From: Carcharhinus amblyrhynchos
Lineage: Eukaryota
Assembly (NCBI GenBank): GCA_965287045.1
Contig: OZ336877.1
Coordinates: 79,856,001-79,920,000, forward strand
Direction of reading: 5' to 3'
DNA length: 64,000 bases
Shown: piece by piece, positions 61,556 through 64,000 of the stretch
Layout: every line of letters starts with the position of its first letter
Position numbering within the stretch: the first letter of the stretch is position 1
The notes under the pieces: generated by a model
Told to the model about the DNA's origin: nothing
Database searches by the model: none
What the model saw: the letters and a program-made list of their open reading frames with translations, nothing else
Translations under genes and position numbers: made by a program

Positions 61556-61825
61556 ACAGGTCAGTAAAGGTGAGCATACTTTAACATTCACCTACTGCTT
61601 GCTGTACCAGTCCCACCCACATTCACTCTGCCCTCTCAAGCCGAATCCTTCACAGTACACCTCACCCCCACTTACCTTACATACGAATCCATCCTTCTCT
61701 TTCTATATACTTTGTCAAAACCCTCTACCCATCCACTTCATTTTCTCATCATCATCTCGTTTCCTGCCTGTATCTAGCGCGCACACTCACACAGTGCATT
61801 ACAGTAAATCATGGGTCTGTTCTTA

Positions 61826-61975
61826 GAGAATCCCTACAGTGCAGAAAGAGGCCATTCAGCCCACTGAGCCCAAACTCCACACCATGCCATCCTTATTCCA
61901 CATAGGCAATCAGCCAAGGCTGGGATCGAACCTGGGTCCCTGGCATTGTGAGGCAGCAGTGCTAAGCACTTCCAC
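61826..61975 (-). mobile_element. HE1 SINE, internally deleted
   Basis: Tail AGAATCCCTACAGTGCAGAAAGAGGCC joined to head TGTGAGGCAGCAGTGCTAA. Confidence 0.8.
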
Positions 61976-62579
61976 AGTGCTGTCCTTTCTGCCCAATTCA
62001 CGAGTTCACACGACAGAATACCAAGCAGAGGTAGCGCTTCCCTAAATTCCCCATTGATAACTTCAAATGAGAAAGTGCTGGATATCAGCAGCACTTTGGT
62101 GTCCTTACCTTCGGAGGGTGGAGACGTGCCATCAATTTGATGACAGAATTAAATATCATTGCACTAACATAGAATGCTCAATCATAGCAACTTGATTTCA
62201 AAAGCAAATAAAATATGAACAACTTCATAATGATATCTACTCAAGTCCCTTGCCAGTGCTAATTTATAGCATTCTTTCTGCCAGGGTCTACCCATAGGCA
62301 GCAAGCATCAATGGACTTCATGGATGATAAATGCTCAGAGGAGCAGATTCCATTTCAGGATGCACCATCATAGCACTCATGCTAATTGTGAACACATCGA
62401 AATAATCAGATTTTGGTAAAACCATGTAGACAGGTGGTTGGGTTTTCACTCGGTTAGTTACAACAGAGTAGCCAAGGTGACGGTAGCATGCTCAGCTGTG
62501 GACAGTGCAATTTGGAAGATGCAGAGTCTGAGACACGTAATACATCGATAAAGATGATAATCATGGAGATATTGCAGTG

Positions 62580-62848
62580 GGTGGCATAGTGGCACAGTGG
62601 TTATCACTGCGATTCCTGGCTTGGGTCATTGCCTGTGTGGAGTCTGCACGTTCTCCTCATGTCTTTCCTCCGGGTGCTCCAGTTTCCTGCCACAGTCCAA
62701 AAGATATGCTGGTTAGGTGCACTGGCCATGCTAAATTCACCCTAGTGCACCCAAACAGACGGCGGAGGGTGGGGACTAGGGGATTTTCATAGTAACTTCA
62801 TTGCAGTGTTAACTGTGACTTAATTAAACTAACCTAACCTAAACTAAA
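62580..62848 (+). mobile_element. HE1/V-SINE-type SINE with alternative tail
   Basis: HE1 head and V-domain, then GGGGATTTTCATAGTAACTTCATTGCAGTGTTAA and an (A/C)TAA(A/C)-type repeat tail. Confidence 0.85.
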
Positions 62849-63033
62849 GCATGTGTGATGATCTGAGGGGCTTTACAAGCATGCTGGCTACCACTGCAGA
62901 GAATGGTACAGTTCATCTTAATCATGGAGGGATAATGTCATTGGGTATGAGGTTTTCTATTGGTGAATTGCTTGATGTCATTTTTGATGACTTTGCCCAT
63001 AACTTTATTGATATTAGGAGGTTAATGAGGCAA

Positions 63034-63430
63034 TACGTTCAGAGAGTGGAACACTTAATGCCCCTTGAGTTGTGGCACCCGCGGAGCTCTGTGCACAGAG
63101 ATAAAGACTCTCTGCACCACTGGTATGCGTATTGACCTGGCAAAGTCACATGCCTGCTGCCCCTGCTTTTCCCTACTTTCAGAGAAGACCTGTCAGGCAC
63201 GGCAATGAATGGCGATCTCCTGGAAGGATCCAGTAACATACCAGCTGAGGGTTATCATGATGTTAGCAGCCACTGGCAGTGCTATCTTTGCCCTTTGTGT
63301 GGCTGCTACTCTGGATCAGGGAGGTAGCACTGTTTTATGACCACCTACTTGGTGAAGTGCAGTGACCACAGACACTGCTCCTAGCTGAGGTGGGGCTGGG
63401 GAAGTCCTCGGTGAAGATCGGGGTTGAGTG
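63034..63430 (-). pseudogene. Decayed Harbinger (HARBI1-like DDE) transposase, N-terminal half
   Basis: Minus strand across stops and frameshifts: HLS*EQCLWSLHFTK*VVIKQCYL..ALPVAANIMITLSWYVTGSFQ..PVVQRVFISVHRAPRVP..FHSLNV, matching Harbinger motifs LSEEQC.RRLRF.KE, ALNFYATGSFQ, VQGAIDCTHVALRAP and GFHSLNV. Confidence 0.8.
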
Positions 63431-63811
63431 TTGAAAGCCCCTCTTCCTCCTTCCTCTGTGAACACCTTCTCCTTTCTGCTGCCTCTACTCCATCACCTAT
63501 CATGCTGCAGCCCATGAGGAACTGCAATCATTTACAACATGAGCAGGATTTTGACCCAGATTGCTTTGAAATTCACACCACTGCTTCCACTAACTCTGCA
63601 GCAGCGATAGGAAATTAAAAGCTTTTTGTTGTATGGTGATCCTCTTAGATAGTGCTGATGTGGGTGTGAGTGCCAGTGGGGGTGGCGTGGTGGTCTGGTA
63701 ATGGGATAGTGGCTGGCCCTCATGCCGTGAATGTTTAACACAAGACATTAACAGAAGGCTCCTGGAAGGTCCAAAATTGAAGGTTGCGTGCCAAATCTGC
63801 TTTAAATTTGA

Positions 63812-63880
63812 GAATATTAAAAATAGGAGCAGGAGTAGCTCATACAGCCCCAGAGTCAGCTCTGATATTCAGTGCAATCA
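63812..63880 (-). mobile_element. CR1 3' tail
   Basis: GAATATTAAAAATAGGAGCAGGAGTAGCTCATACAGCCCCAGAGTCAGCTCTG. Confidence 0.6.
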
Positions 63881-64000
63881 CTGTGTCAAGAATCATCTGC
63901 CCCCAGGTGCAGCAGAGCCTGCAGATCACAGACTGGACTAACCAGCCATCTCAGAACCCATCAAACCAAAGTGGTTGAGCAAGTTATCCTCAATCCTGAG

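Overview
Eukaryotic, AT-rich, repeat-dense non-coding DNA, almost certainly from a shark. Abundant HE1 (V-SINE) copies, HER1/CR1 LINE fragments and a SacSINE1-like DeuSINE point to an elasmobranch; a galeomorph such as a Mustelus-like houndshark is an inference. I found no intact host protein-coding exon, so the window looks like a gene desert or a very long intron. Contents: about 15 HE1 SINEs, many CR1, Rex1/Babar and L2-type LINE fragments, Penelope-like elements (PLEs) with GIY-YIG remnants and minimal hammerhead-ribozyme motifs, two candidate solo LTRs, and one hAT-like MITE. There is also a large PIF/Harbinger component: many GC-rich MITEs with 3-bp TSDs, a decayed three-exon Myb/SANT gene and a decayed transposase. 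Most notable are (1) an RPS19 coding fragment embedded in a Harbinger-type non-autonomous element, suggesting Pack-TE-like capture; (2) TSD-flanked ~200-bp PLE-derived fold-back elements with hammerhead cores, plus a TSD-flanked trimer of a 35-nt minimal hammerhead; (3) two local inverted duplications next to CR1 3' tails; and (4) repeat-free blocks rich in homeodomain/TALE motifs that may be conserved enhancers. Family names come from recognition of motifs, not database searches. Boundaries of old repeats are approximate.
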